Notes: generated by a model from the letters alone, not told the origin. A DNA stretch of 61,173 nt, filler included, from Squatina squatina (GCA_031763465.1; 4 parts of 3 records of this genome joined end to end with filler, not necessarily neighbours in it); one strand, 5' to 3'; shown: positions 11,915 to 25,244, numbered from the whole stretch's first letter. A program made the numbers and translations.

Positions 11915-11980
11915 ATAATCAGACACGTGAAAGACAGAAGCAAAATACTGCGGATGCTGGAATAATCAGACACGTGAAAG
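11915..11980 (-). mobile_element. 28-bp truncated Penelope-like terminal fragment with 19-bp target-site duplication
   Basis: ATAATCAGACACGTGAAAG at 11915-11933 and 11962-11980 flanks ACAGAAGCAAAATACTGCGGATGCTGGA. Confidence 0.7.
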
Positions 11981-12244
11981 GTTACGGCAGAGAGAGACGA
12001 CTAGCCTAGCAGGGTGACCNNNNNNNNNNNNNNNNNNNNNNNNNNNNNNNNNNNNNNNNNNNNNNNNNNNNNNNNNNNNNNNNNNNNNNNNNNNNNNNNN
12101 NNNNNNNNNNNNNNNNNNNGAATAATGCCTTGCCTCTGTAGTATGGAAGGCCAAGAATATCTGCTGGTGACTAAATGTCATCAACTACACCTGAAGAGGG
12201 TATTAAAAAAAGACATTCTGTCCCTCGCATGATATTACACCCAC

Positions 12245-12448
<204 letters not shown>

Positions 12449-13076
12449 TTAATTTTTTTTTAAAAATAAATTTCAGCTCTCCTGCCAGGATTATTAGTTT
12501 TTAAATATAAATCTAAGAAATCATCAATCTAATTTTTATAGCTAAAATATCCTAATCTGCAAAAGATTAAAGGTGACACAAGTTAAATGTAATCACTGCA
12601 TTTAACATATTTTTAAATTGTGTACACAAAATGATTAACTTTCTGCATGGTATTTCTTGTACTGCAGCCAAAACCAGAATTGTGTATCACACCAAGGACA
12701 TGCAATATGGAACTGCACACTGGAGCAAACATGCCACACACAGTTCAATTCCATTTAGAACCAGTAAAAATTAATTTGGGACTAGATCAAAGTTAAAATC
12801 ATATCCGTCTTAGGAAATGATTTATTCAGGAGAACTTAAAAAAAGAGACAAAGGCTATTCTTGGCAAAAATGACAGTCCTCAAAAGAAAGATATTGCATA
12901 ATCAAGATATCAAATTATAACTGCAACTGTGATTAGACTAGGTGGTTATGTCAGTTGCATGGAGAGATTTTTGGTTATTGACTGGATCAACATATAGTGC
13001 ATGTCAGAGGTGGGCATCATTTTAAACTTTGTTGTAGTTTTTCCCATGTTCAATGTAGAAACTGTTGAACACTTAC

Positions 13077-13128
13077 CATGAAACTTCTTGTCCAAGATCA
13101 TCTGAGAGAGTTTTCTTTCCACATCACC
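13077..13128 (-). CDS. PSMD11: PSMD11 internal exon
   Basis: 52-nt AG/GTAAGT exon encoding GDVERKLSQMILDKKFH(G), part of the PCI domain. Confidence 0.96.
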
Positions 13129-14411
13129 CTGTAATTACAGTACAGTGTTAGCTCCAAGTTCGATTTTACACTTGACCAGCTGAGGACGGGTTACTTTGGG
13201 TGCATTATCTAGGGTAAAATTCCCTGGATTTTTCCCATCTTGGCTGAACCAGAGCTCATGGCATTTCAAATTCAGTCAAATAAAGTTTGAAGACCCGTAG
13301 AAGATACAGACTGGGAAGTTTGGCAGGTTTCAAGGTAACCAAACTCCTATCAACTGACCCGATGCACTGTCAAGCTTTCTTGATGTTTCAGTTGCACCTG
13401 GGACAATAGTTATTTTCAACCATCTTTCCCAAGAATGAATGTAGACTTTAAATTATTCAAAATAACCCATTTCCCCTTTATGGATTCCCAGATCTCAAGT
13501 GCATTATCAAACATGCTGTAAATTTGCTCAATTTCATGAACTGGCACAAATACAGGCACACAGTCCTTTTTAACTCTACCCTCAAAAGAAGCATCCAGCC
13601 CCGAAGAGGCCAGGGTAAAAATGTAAAACTCATCTACAACTGTGCCATTTGTGTTTGTATATCAGAACTACTTGGGACTTAAACCCATGAGGTCAGTGAC
13701 CAATACATAGTAAGTCAGCCATCTGTACTCTGATTAACTGCCAACTACAGTGAAATTAATTTGGTGTGCTGAAAAATGTCTTGCCATTCATTCCCAACTC
13801 AGAGCACCCTCATTACTCCACTGGGAGCACTGAGCAACAGAGATGCTGGGAGGCAAAGGCATATTTCAAACGCTTGGCTATGAAACACAGTGAAGTGTGA
13901 TTATGAGGCCAGCTGCCACATAGCAAGGCTAAAAATAAATCTGCTTTTTATAAAGTTTAGCATTTTTCTGTAGAAAAAAAAAAATCAAAAACAAGACCTT
14001 CAGTCCTAGAGCAAGAGATAACCCGGTTTAATTTTTATAAAGCTGTGCTCACCAAGGTGAAGGATGCCAGTTAAGGGTTGGAACGTTTCTAGTTTTACTG
14101 TATCTATTCAGTAAACATTCAGAGAACAGATTAAAATAGGGAGGCAAAGATATTGCAAATAATTCTCTTGATTCATTACTTTGGATTCTAGCTTTGTTAC
14201 AGAATGTGCAGATTCAAATATTTGGAAAATCAGCAGTTTATAGAAGGTAGCGAGTTAATCCAATCTATAATTGCTGTGGAAGGTTAATTAGTTACACTAA
14301 CGACACTGCAGNNNNNNNNNNNNNNNNNNNNNNNNNNNNNNNNNNNNNNNNNNNNNNNNNNNNNNNNNNNNNNNNNNNNNNNNNNNNNNNNNNNNNNNNN
14401 NNNNNNNNNNN

Positions 14412-14630
14412 CCCTTAAATTAAATTAAATCCAATCCCAATATAAGAAAATCTTAATTTTCTAAACTGAACCCTTAACTTAAAGTACTAACACAAATACA
14501 AACCTGGGTTAACTCACCAATCAGTTGCGTCACTTTTTGAAATGTGACGTTACCATTGCTCCCACTGAGAGCAATAAACTCAGCACAGGAGCTGGGCAGA
14601 ATTGAACTGGGACACAAACATGGCGACTGT
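14412..14630 (-). promoter_or_regulatory. Promoter-like motif cluster, probably the 5' UTR of a CR1-type LINE inside a PSMD11 intron
   Basis: YY1-like AAACATGGCG, CRE-like TGACGT/TGCGTCA and CCAATCAG, then a GTGAGT and T-rich tract running into a gap; CR1 attribution is from recall. Confidence 0.35.
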
Positions 14631-15247
14631 CTTTATACAGTACAACTGGTAACTTGCTGGCACCAGTGCAAATAATGGCAATTTTTGTGTGCTGAGCATG
14701 TATTCCCAGGACCCAATCAGAAGATTGTTACAGTGTGCAGAAATTTATATTTGAAAAAAAGAAAACTAAGACAACATCGAAGCTCGACTATGGGGGCTTA
14801 ACACGAAAATGCCAGCTCCATGACCCAAAGTTGTTTACTGGACAAACAGTATTTAGGGAGTTGAGTTTGCAGGTGGTGTTAGCTGATGTACACATAATAG
14901 CGTGATAGAAAACAAAAGGCAATATTTTCATACAATGGTAACTTGTAGCAAGCAAGTGCTGTAGCAAAAATTAAATAACTGGTCGAAAAGGTTGGCATGA
15001 GCTGGAACTTCTTTAAAAGGATGCTGCACGCCACACCAAAAAGGTGCTGGTTATAGAAACAGAACACTGCAAAGAAACCATCAATATTCAGTCTACACAT
15101 GAGCAATATTGAAGCACCCAACATTTTTGTAATAATGCTGCAAAAATTAAAATATTGAAATTAGTTTCAGGATCGGTTCCAGTTAGACCTGCTGTATAAA
15201 CAAGTATAATGGGATCTTTATTTCATTTGCACTACTTGCAATCATAC

Positions 15248-15373
15248 CTGAACTCTGGAGAAAGGCTCAATCACTCGGATAAGATTCTGCTCCAGTAAGT
15301 TGTCGTACAGCTTTGCCAGATGCGTGGTGATAATTGGATCATCCCGTAGCTCTGCTTGGAAATCTGTTAAAGC
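15248..15373 (-). CDS. PSMD11: PSMD11 internal exon
   Basis: 126-nt AG/GT exon encoding [42 protein letters not shown]. Confidence 0.97.
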
Positions 15374-15609
15374 CTGCAAACCGGAAAGGCAGAACTGTCA
15401 TTCGCAATAGACCGGATATGTCAGGAGTTGTAAAATTCACACGCTAACAATTAAGCAAATTAAAGTGATACTCATGCGGTTGCAGGACTGAATTTAGCAA
15501 GACAAAATCTGCCATGGGTATCTGGCATAGTGAGTAAAATCCTTTAACCAACCATTCTAGAATAAGACATCACCTTTAACCTTTTGCTTTGCAGGCTGCT
15601 TACCACCAA

Positions 15610-15951
15610 TAGAAATCATAGAATTGTAACAGCACAGAAGGAGGCCATTCAGCCAGTGCCAGCTCTCTGCAAGGCGCTTCAGCTAGTCTCCCTCCCTCGC
15701 CCTTTTCCTGTAGCCCTGCAATTTTTTTTGAAAGCCACCATTGAATCTGCCTCCAGCACCCTTTCAGGCAGTACATTCCAGATCCTAACCACTTGCTGCG
15801 TAAAAAAGTTTTTCCTCATGCCATCTTTGGTTTTTCTGCCAATCACCTTAAATCTGTGTCCACTGGTTCTCGACCCTTCTGCCAATGGGAACAGTTTCTC
15901 TCTACTCTGTCTAGACCGCTCATGATTTTGAACACCTTTATCAGATCTCCT
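15610..15951 (-). mobile_element. CR1 LINE 3' end
   Basis: SRTSGHRFKVIGRKTKDGMRKNFFTQQVVRIWNVLPERVLEADSMVAFKK plus the CR1 tail ATTCTATGATTTCTAT. Confidence 0.92.
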
Positions 15952-16051
15952 NNNNNNNNNNNNNNNNNNNNNNNNNNNNNNNNNNNNNNNNNNNNTTAAT
16001 TAATTAANNNNNNNNNNNNNNNNNNNNNNNNNNNNNNNNNNNNNNNNNNNN
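15952..16051. other. Artificial scaffold linker (six-frame stop)
   Basis: 44 N + TTAATTAATTAA (15996-16007) + 44 N. Confidence 0.97.
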
Positions 16052-17204
16052 AGTGGGAAAGAGTGGAAATAATGGAAATAAATTAAAATCCTTAATCCCC
16101 ATAATTCAGTTTATACCTCTTTATAAAGAAGCCAAATTTATGCATTTTTGCTCAATTTGATTTAAATAAGAATTAACACTCAGGTCCTCAATGACAAAAT
16201 GGTTATTAAAAGTTTAAATTATTGATTAGCTTATTTTTCAATCTTGCCAATATTTTTGCCTTCATGAATATTTGTTCCCAGCAGGCTTTGTGTTTTCTGT
16301 ATGGATTACAGAGGACTCCCAGCTGTTACAGGGAATCAGCTGTACGGTGCAGAATTCCACAGCAGCTGTTTGATAACAGACATCCAGTTTTTGGCTCTCA
16401 AATGGAGGCTTCACCATATGCCAATAGACCACTTATTTCATGCTTTGAGAGCACATTTTAGAACAGTCACTGTGGAAGGAGGGAACAGAATTTAGCCGTT
16501 ATGGAGCTTCAGATGTCCCTGCAAACTAAGTAACAGCAGCCAACTAATCCATCCACTTCACTGCCACGTTTATAGCAACCACTCTACCAGGAATTTCAAT
16601 ATTTTATGAAGGAAATCATGACTTTATAAAAAAAAGTTTAAAATTTATGTTTATGCAGTGAATCCCATTTTAATTATGGTTTCAGGAAAATTTACTGCAT
16701 TGCTACATACTTGAAAGCGAGAAATGACGCCCAGTTTGCTTCATTAGTTTAAATTCACTGGAGATAGTACAGTGCTGTGGGCATATGCTCAGACCTGCCA
16801 ACAACTTATTTCACTCATTCTGAACCCTTGTGACTCATCCACTGGGAAAAACAGCTATTTTCCAGAATCTGGCCAACTTTGTAGAATAAATAATACATAT
16901 CAGCCTGTAGGGAATCCATGACCTGCTTACTCTGATTTGCATTATCAAATTTCTACTCTTCAAGCATTTTAAAAACTAAGGCCTGAACTTGTCCATGTAT
17001 GGTAGTGCCCAGACAGTATTAATGCATTCGGTACAAGTGGAATCTGACCAGTAAAACAGATTATTTATTACCTGTTTGCAGTTGAGCCTATTATTCTGTG
17101 ATATGTTGCTAAATCATTTAAGAAGTATGCAAACTAGTAAATTATAGGTAGAATTCTTAAAAGTTGCCCAGTTATTATTTCCTATTTTTACTGGCTTTAG
17201 AGTT

Positions 17205-17506
17205 TTTTAAAAATTCGTTCCTGGGATGTGGGTGTCACTGGCAAGGCCAGCATTTATTGCCCACCCCTAGTTGCCCTGGAGAAGGTGATGCTGAGCCGCC
17301 TTCTTGAACCGCTGCAGTCCTTATGGTGAAGAAACTCCCACAGTGCTGTTAGGGAGGGAGTTCCAGGATTTACCCCAGTGATGACGAAGGAACGGCGACA
17401 GACTTCCAAGTCCGGATGGCGTGTAACTTGGAGGGGAACTTGGAGGTGGTGCTGTCCCCATGCATCTGCTGCCCCGGTCCTTCTAGATGGTAGAGGTCGT
17501 GGGTTT
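17205..17506 (-). mobile_element. 3' end of a LINE (CR1/Jockey-like group)
   Basis: Minus-strand ORF remnant ...TTSKFPSKLHAIRTWKSVAVPSSSLG, then a 3' UTR ending GGGCAATAAATGCTGGCCTTGCCAGTGACACCCACATCCCAGGAACGAAT and an A/T-rich tail. Confidence 0.7.
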
Positions 17507-19163
17507 NNNNNNNNNNNNNNNNNNNNNNNNNNNNNNNNNNNNNNNNNNNNNNNNNNNNNNNNNNNNNNNNNNNNNNNNNNNNNNNNNNNNNNNNNNNNNN
17601 NNNNNNCTTATGCATGGCTCATCTCACACTGCCCAGAGGTTTGCTGAGGGCTAAATGGCTCCATTAATCAGTGAACACCCAGAACAAGGCTTTTTTTCCC
17701 CACAGCTTCAGGATATGATTTAACAAGCAAGGCCTAATCCTGTGAAGGAAAAGTCATTGATGAGTGGATGCCAGAGCTTAAATGTCACAAAGATGGGTGC
17801 TGGCTGCATCCTATTTTTCTCCCTTGGTCACAAACAGATAAAAAAAAATTCAAATACTACAGAATCAAAGAAACATAAACAGCTCAGTTTTCAATTGCTC
17901 CTGCATGATTGTGCAAGTACGACTGTAATCACCCATGTAATCCATTAGGTTTTTTTTTGCTTTATCAGTTCATTTGTGCACTGCTGTAGGCTACATGATT
18001 TAGACAAATAAAAATCAATTTTCTCTTTATGTTTCTGTACAGAAACCACTCTTGCTCTTAATTGGTAGTTTCAAATGACTCCAATAAGAAATAATGAGCC
18101 CATAGGACTTGAGCAATTATTGAATAAATGTTTTCAACTGGTTCATAGAGTGCACCAGAATCCGCCTTACTAATTATTTTTTAAAAACATGACTAATGTC
18201 TAATTTTGAGTTTNNNNNNNNNNNNNNNNNNNNNNNNNNNNNNNNNNNNNNNNNNNNNNNNNNNNNNNNNNNNNNNNNNNNNNNNNNNNNNNNNNNNNNN
18301 NNNNNNNNNNNNNTGTGGTAAATCGGGTTGAATTGTCAGTAGTAATTGTAAGATTCCGATAAGAAGTCTAGTCACAAGTCTTAATTCTAATTTAATTCTG
18401 GAATGCATCTGCATGCATCTAAGTTTTCACTTAACCCTGAGGTGAGTTGCATTGAGCTTTGGAATTCATGATTTGAAGAATTTTTAATGGCAACTGAGGT
18501 GAATTCTATCCATTTTCAGGTTGACTTTGACTTCTGTTTGCAGCCATAAAAATGCTTAAAGAGGACCCGCGTCCTCTCTGCCCAGTGAGCCTAGTTCCAC
18601 GAGGGTGTACTGCTTACTGGATTCACCTCAGTCTTAAGGTGGAACTTTTGACAACCCATTATGAATTCTTGTGTTAAGGTAGAAATTTTATAGTCCTTTC
18701 TGAATATTTCATTTAATATTCATTGAACTTATCGCAATTAATTAACTGCTGAAATTGTGACCTCAAAGTCGAAACCTTATGAATAAAGAAACAGTTACAT
18801 TCCCAAACCCACACAAGCTGGCTAAAGAGATATGGTGCCATATTTTGATCGCCATGAAATTATCCTTATATTTAGACATAAATTCAAGGGAAAATGAGCC
18901 TAATGCATGCATGAGTAAAAATGTGATTTGATACAGGGAAAGGGAGAATATTAATATGTAGTCATGCAAATGAGCCACGTGTGCATTGAAGCAGAGTTTT
19001 GCATGGCAAACAGAAGGATGCAGTCTCGCTTAAATTTCATAGCCTATATTTGGGGTGGCAAGGAGAGTGCAGGGAGGAGATGAGGGGTAGTAGAGAGGGG
19101 TTAGGTGGTTCAAACAAGTCCAGCTAAATTAGCAAGAGTTTTATTTTGAAAAGCCACGAGTTG

Positions 19164-19218
19164 CCAATATTACAAAATCAAAATACTGTGGATGCTGGAA
19201 TCTAGAATACCAATATTA
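19164..19218 (-). mobile_element. 37-bp truncated Penelope-like terminal fragment with 9-bp target-site duplication
   Basis: CCAATATTA at 19164-19172 and 19210-19218 flanks CAAAATCAAAATACTGTGGATGCTGGAATCTAGAATA, which has the same core as 11934-11961. Confidence 0.65.
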
Positions 19219-20669
19219 GTTCAGTTTCCACATGTTAGATTGAGGATAAACTACAACATTCTATTGTTACCCCAGTACATGATGCTTTAGTGACTGGCAC
19301 ATTGTTATTAAGTCTAGTGTAGAAATCGATGTAGCATTTTGAAAATCACATTGTTCCATTAAATGAAACTCCAAACCCCAATTACAAATCGGTTTGAAAA
19401 TACACAAAGTTACAATAATATGTAGGTTTATTAATACATTAGTTTGTAACTGATAGTTAGTTTCAAGATTATAAGCTTATAAATTACTGTCAGTGATATT
19501 CGTAGTGGAGGAACACTTTAATGTGTTATTATAACAGTCTTCTGGCTGCTATTTTAGTGTAGGCATTCAAAATTAAATTTCATTAAAATAATGGACAGGG
19601 AATGACATATGAATACATTCCAGCCTTATTTTTGTTACTGAAATATTTGGTGCAGGGCACATCAGTAGTGAGTCATTCAGCACCTTGCACTTTTCCATAC
19701 AACTTTTCCTGCAATTCAGTACTGCCACCACAAATATCAGGCTACCACTTTACAAATGGAGGGATACTGTTTGCAGTGCAGGATGAGGTCTTTTAATATT
19801 CACTGAACAAGGTTGAACCACCATGGGAGGGCCACAGTAGAAGATTGTCGAGCAACCAGCAACACCCACACTCCATGCGAATACTTTTCTTTTGCACTCT
19901 TCGCCACAGAAATTGAGGAAGGCACTGGCAAGGTCAAATTTGAAGCGACTAAGCTGCTGTAATATTCACAAAGACTGATAATATGATGGTGTGCACTTTA
20001 GAAATAGGACTCAAGGTTTGAGGCATGCAATGTATCTGAGGCACCAAGTGTGCACTAATTCAGGCAATGGGCACAAAGGGGGCAGAAGCCTGTGCACATG
20101 TGTGCTCGGCTCATTGTACCACTAGCTTCCATGTCAGTTAGGCAGTCATCCCATAATGCAGCAAGAGCATGTGGGCAGTGCTACAGACACACACAGTTAA
20201 TTTAGAATAGGCACTGAAAGGGAGATTGGCATTAAAATGTTTTTAAAAATTCAGTCCCTTTGCCCTCCTGTGTCCAGAGCATTTTGTGTCCCTTTTCTTT
20301 ACACTGTTTCCTCTGCCTTTTACCCCTGCCATGTCCTTGGTGCCCCTCCCCTTCATATTGAGAAAGAGCCTAGTGCTCAATGGGCAGCCAGCAACACTTC
20401 ACTGGCTGCTGGTGCCTGATAATGCAGCCTTGGCACTCCTGGTGCATCATGAGAGACGCACCCAGTGAGCCAGTAAGTTATTCAAACAGGCTGACCTTTA
20501 TTATCTGGGCAGGTCAGCCCTTTTATGCAGGACCAGCACTAGTGACATGGCATTTGGACTACATTGCCTTGCTTGTCTTTGAAATCTTTGTATTGAGGAT
20601 ACATTGTGACTAGCTGTCATTTACTCTTCTTGTAGGTTCTTCCCTCAGTGGTAAATCAATGGGACAAGC

Positions 20670-21027
20670 TCCTGAGAGAGATGATGGAAGCAGATAGTAT
20701 TGATTCATTCAAATGCAAATTAGATAGATTTCTTTCAGAAAGTAACATTTTGGGACACAGTATATGTATAATTTGCGACATGACATATGGTGAGTGTAAC
20801 ATGCTAGGGAAGAGCAGGTAACTTTGAACTTATGATTCCCAAAGCTTTCCACCACTGGGGGTTTCCTCACTTCATGTTTGGGCCTATTGTACACAAATTG
20901 ATAAAGATTGATTGCCATGATTAGTCAACAACTATTATTGTGATATAATGCGACTACAATGGTCAAAGGCGAACTAGATGGATCTTGCTCTTTTTGCATT
21001 TAGCAATTCCTATGTTTCTATGTTCCC
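20670..21027 (+). mobile_element. Diverged CR1 LINE 3' end
   Basis: ORF2 end remnant (VMEADSIDSFKCKLDRF-like) and tail AATTCCTATGTTTCTATGTTCC. Confidence 0.7.
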
Positions 21028-23627
21028 AAGGACAAAGTTGGATCATGTTTCTTGCACATGAAAGGCAGGTTGCGTATTTGGATTGCAGCTGCTGGTTAGC
21101 ACATTAAATCGAAGAGCAAAAGTGAAAATTGTACAAAAGGTCAGCACAACGGACCCCAATGATGAATGCATATTCTTGTAAATGCTGCCAGCAAAAGCAA
21201 TCTGCTTTCCAAATGTAGCCAAATAATATCAAACCACTGAGGGAGAATGTCCCCCAACTCATGAAATTTGGCATGGGACCTGAAACCCTTTATTAAAATA
21301 TTCATCTGAGGGCTGTGCCTGCTGTTGCTTGGCCTCCTAGCACGCCCCTAAATNNNNNNNNNNNNNNNNNNNNNNNNNNNNNNNNNNNNNNNNNNNNNNN
21401 NNNNNNNNNNNNNNNNNNNNNNNNNNNNNNNNNNNNNNNNNNNNNNNNNNNNNAGTGTGGAGAATTTCAGAAACTCTGATTGCATCCAGATGGCTTGGAG
21501 TATGGCCACAAAAAACTGCGATTGTTCTTGGAATTGGATAATACTGAAAAAATAGCCTTAGCCAAGATTTGTTCAATCCATCTAAACTGCAGTCATATTC
21601 CTGGACTACATTAGGAAACAGAATTATTTCTCGAAGCAGTCCAATAAATTCAGAGGGTAAGAAAAGCTTTACACCTGGCTTTTTTGTTGTTCAGGGACAA
21701 AATGAACCGTGCACTTCCAATTATTTATGCAGGTGATACAAAGATGTACTTAGTAAACCACTAGATTTTCAAGCTTTTCTTCAGTTGAGCCCATTTTCGT
21801 CATGAAGAATGTTGTGTGTTTTAGCTCCCCTTGGTGTCCAGCTCTGTGATCTAGTACAGCTGAGCCCTACAAGGGTAAGAGTTTGGATTGTGCAGGTGTG
21901 CTTGAATTTAATCATGTATCAGTCCGTGAAATTAAGGCCTGCCTACTGTCCATGGACGACTGACACTAATGGATTACAGGNNNNNNNNNNNNNNNNNNNN
22001 NNNNNNNNNNNNNNNCAGTTTAATGCAGCTTGAGCTAGGTTCACTGTCTACTGATTACATTGGCTTTGCATTTTTATTTGTAATTTGCATGCAGTGACTT
22101 TTTGGTTGTTAATTTTTCATTGAAATTACAGCCTTCCTTTTAAACTGGGTTCACGTATTACATCAAACCACAGCATATCTATGTTATGATGCTAAAACAT
22201 CTGATTGGACAATATTAAAATATGTTGTTTCTGTGTATGTTGGGAATCTAAAATATGCAAATGAACAGGCTTAAGAATTTTATAATATAACATGTAGCAC
22301 GTGGCATTTTTGCTTTTCTTAAGTAAGCATGAGTCTTCACTTGCATTACAAAATCTGTATATTTGACTCCCGACCGGTTCAATGCATTGTGTCCTTTCTT
22401 TTGGTTGTTAAACATTACAGTTAGTGAACTGCACAGTTTAGCAGTGTTGTGTTTGGAGCCAGGCTTGGCTTTTACCTCATTTGAATTCCTTTTTCCTTGC
22501 CCTTGAAATTACATTGTACAGATATTAGCGTATGAACCAATTAAACTTAATGTCTCCATTAAAATACCAGGCAAAGAAGTGTAATTTTAATGTTTTCTAT
22601 GCCTAAATTCACTCTCCAGAGCACATATTCTCTTGATTTCTGTTTTTATATTTCAAACAGATTTTTAGAGTGAGATAAATCAGACATGTTAGTCCATCAA
22701 CAGTATTTATACTGTAATACGTATAGATTTTAATAGGGATCTGCCTCCCAGTAAGCAGAGATCACTTCAGCATTTTTTTTAAACCATGTTTTTGGTCACT
22801 GGGGTAATGCTGTACTGGAGGTTCTATAATNNNNNNNNNNNNNNNNNNNNNNNNNNNNNNNNNNNNNNNNNNNNNNNNNNNNNNNNNNNNNNNNNNNNNN
22901 NNNNNNNNNNNNNNNNNNNNNNNNNNNNNNTATGACTCCAATTGGAGCATCATTGTGAACTAGAAACTGCTTTGCAGTATGTTGTTATATGTTGTATGTT
23001 GCACCCTTTGACTTCACTTTAACTGCAGCAACATCGTGCATCTTTTTTCTGAATTATTTTGTAATTGCTTCTCAAGTACCCACCTCCTAGTTGCTAACTA
23101 GTGTTCTAGCTGCTTGTTTTATTGAACACTTCATGAGATGCATCCCAATCTTATCATATTACAAATAACTACTATGAATAAATCTTGGGATCAGTATGCT
23201 AGAGATAATATTCATTAATCAATTAAATTCATTCTTTTGAAAGAAACGCAGGTAGCATATGCATTAATTGCAGTTTGACAGTGAACGTCAACTTTAATTC
23301 TGAATTCCATCTTGGAAATATTGCAGATATAAAAAATATCTTTCCATAATATAAGAAGTGGCCTATTTCTGAAAATAAGTATGCAAGTGTTTTTGCAATT
23401 GGCATCTATTTACTATGTGTTTCTGTGAATATAAAAAATGTTTTTTTATTAATCTGTATTATCTAAAAGGTTTTAACATTCCTATGATACCTTCTTGGCA
23501 GTTCCCACCTGTTATTATCTCATTATCTATTGGTTTGTGATCTTGATTAACAATATTTATTGGGGGACACCAACTGTGTTACCTCTGGCTAATTTAATTT
23601 TAAAACTTCCAGATGAAATCAGTTCAA

Positions 23628-23762
23628 ATGAAAGAACTTGCATTTATATAGCACCTTTATCACATCCTCAGGACATCCTAACACACCTCACAGTGTTGTC
23701 AAGTAGGCAAATATGAAAACCAAATGTGTGTACAGCAAGGTCCCACAAACAGCAAATCAAAC
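23628..23762 (-). mobile_element. 3' portion of DeuSINE-like SINE
   Basis: AAAGAACTTGCATTTATATAGCACCTTT...CAGCAAGGTCCCACAAACAGCAA matches 1690-1810 and 55355-55505. Confidence 0.7.
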
Positions 23763-24287
23763 AAATAACTATAGAATGTTACAGCTCAGAAGTATCCCTT
23801 GGCCCATCAAGTCTTTCTTAGTTTTGTCCGTATGAGCCACTGGGGGAGATTCTTCCTGCCTGGTGAAAACGGGGTGGTAGCACTCCAAAAATTGCAGGGA
23901 AGAACTTCTTACTGTTGATATGTCTGTCGCCATTTTGCTCGGGTCCTCGAAATGGGCAGCCATCTGAAGCAAGTGAAAAAATAACATCATTAATTACGTT
24001 ATTAGCCCCCTGATACTATTTTAGTACTCAACTGAACAGCACGTGCACAGCACACGCACACACACACACAGTTATCAGTTTACTGTCCAGCTGAAGAGGA
24101 GCCCAAAGGTAAGTGCTTATTTTTGTGGGACCAGGCCAAGCAGGAGTGCTCCTCCAAGCTTCACATGGCTTCCCCCTCGACCTCGTACCTGGCTTGGCAG
24201 AAGAGTGGCAGAATAATATGCTGCATGAGGGCAGTTCTGTTGTCCCAGCAGTTGCTGAAAGTGGGGCCCACCTGATCCAGGCCTAAG

Positions 24288-24507
24288 TCATGGCTTGGAC
24301 CATGAAGATGTCAGNNNNNNNNNNNNNNNNNNNNNNNNNNNNNNNNNNNNNNNNNNNNNNNNNNNNNNNNNNNNNNNNNNNNNNNNNNNNNNNNNNNNNN
24401 NNNNNNNNNNNNNNAGTTCCCAGGTGTTAGTGAGGAGGACTTTGCAGGGTCGGCTGGGTTGGGTGTGCCGTTGTCTTATCTGAACCAGGTGCTGAGGTTG
24501 ATGTGCT
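24288..24507 (-). mobile_element. LINE fragment, start of apurinic-endonuclease domain
   Basis: RQRHTQPSRPCKVLLTNTW resembles the first APE motif (K-x-x-x-x-N-x-x-G); interrupted by a gap. Confidence 0.5.
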
Positions 24508-25244
24508 AGGTGGGGGTGGGGGGTGACCTTGCAAGGGTTGTGGCAGAAAAGATAGTGTCTGCAGTCAGGAGAGCGGGAGAGGTTGGTAATCGAGAGGGCG
24601 GGGGGCAGAGGAGGAGGCCGAAGACTTCTTTGAGGGGTTGATGGAGGGGGAGCAATCCCACTCCTGGCCCACAAGGAGTGCTGAAACACACACTTGCCTT
24701 GTGGAGCCAGCAGCTCCTTTTCTGTGCCGGGTTTCCTGACCCCTGGGAAGCCTGTGCAGCAGTTAATTTCAAAATCAAGCTCCCAACTGCACTATGGCAA
24801 CCTGATTTAAATATTATTTAAGTGTCCTGCCTCTGCTCCGATATCCGCCACCATAAAAAAGGTGGTGGGTGTATGAGCGGTGAGTTGGGCTCATGTTCCC
24901 TGTATTTAACATTTTAACCCCTCCCAACCCCCTCCCACCTGTTGTGGGGGGTTAATATTGAGGTGTCCAATTACATCTAAAGAACCCACAAGAATGCTTA
25001 AGAACACCGTATCTGACAACAGCTTAAGTAGCAATTAGTATAGAAAAAATGGAATTCTATGTTTAAAAAATAATGTCCAGTAATACTGCTCTGGCTCACC
25101 TTTCATCCCCCCACCCACCTAGAAACTTAACATGCCCATTTCAATATCTCTCAACACATAGCGCAACAGCTGCAGGTACAACACAGGAGGATTTAAAGGC
25201 AAAAAATTGTGTTCAGTGCACCAGTATTTAGTTAGGAACACAAA

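Noticed and set aside
15996-16007. TTAATTAATTAA as a piggyBac site or homeobox element
   Set aside because: It is centred in exactly 44+44 N three times, so it is a synthetic six-frame-stop linker
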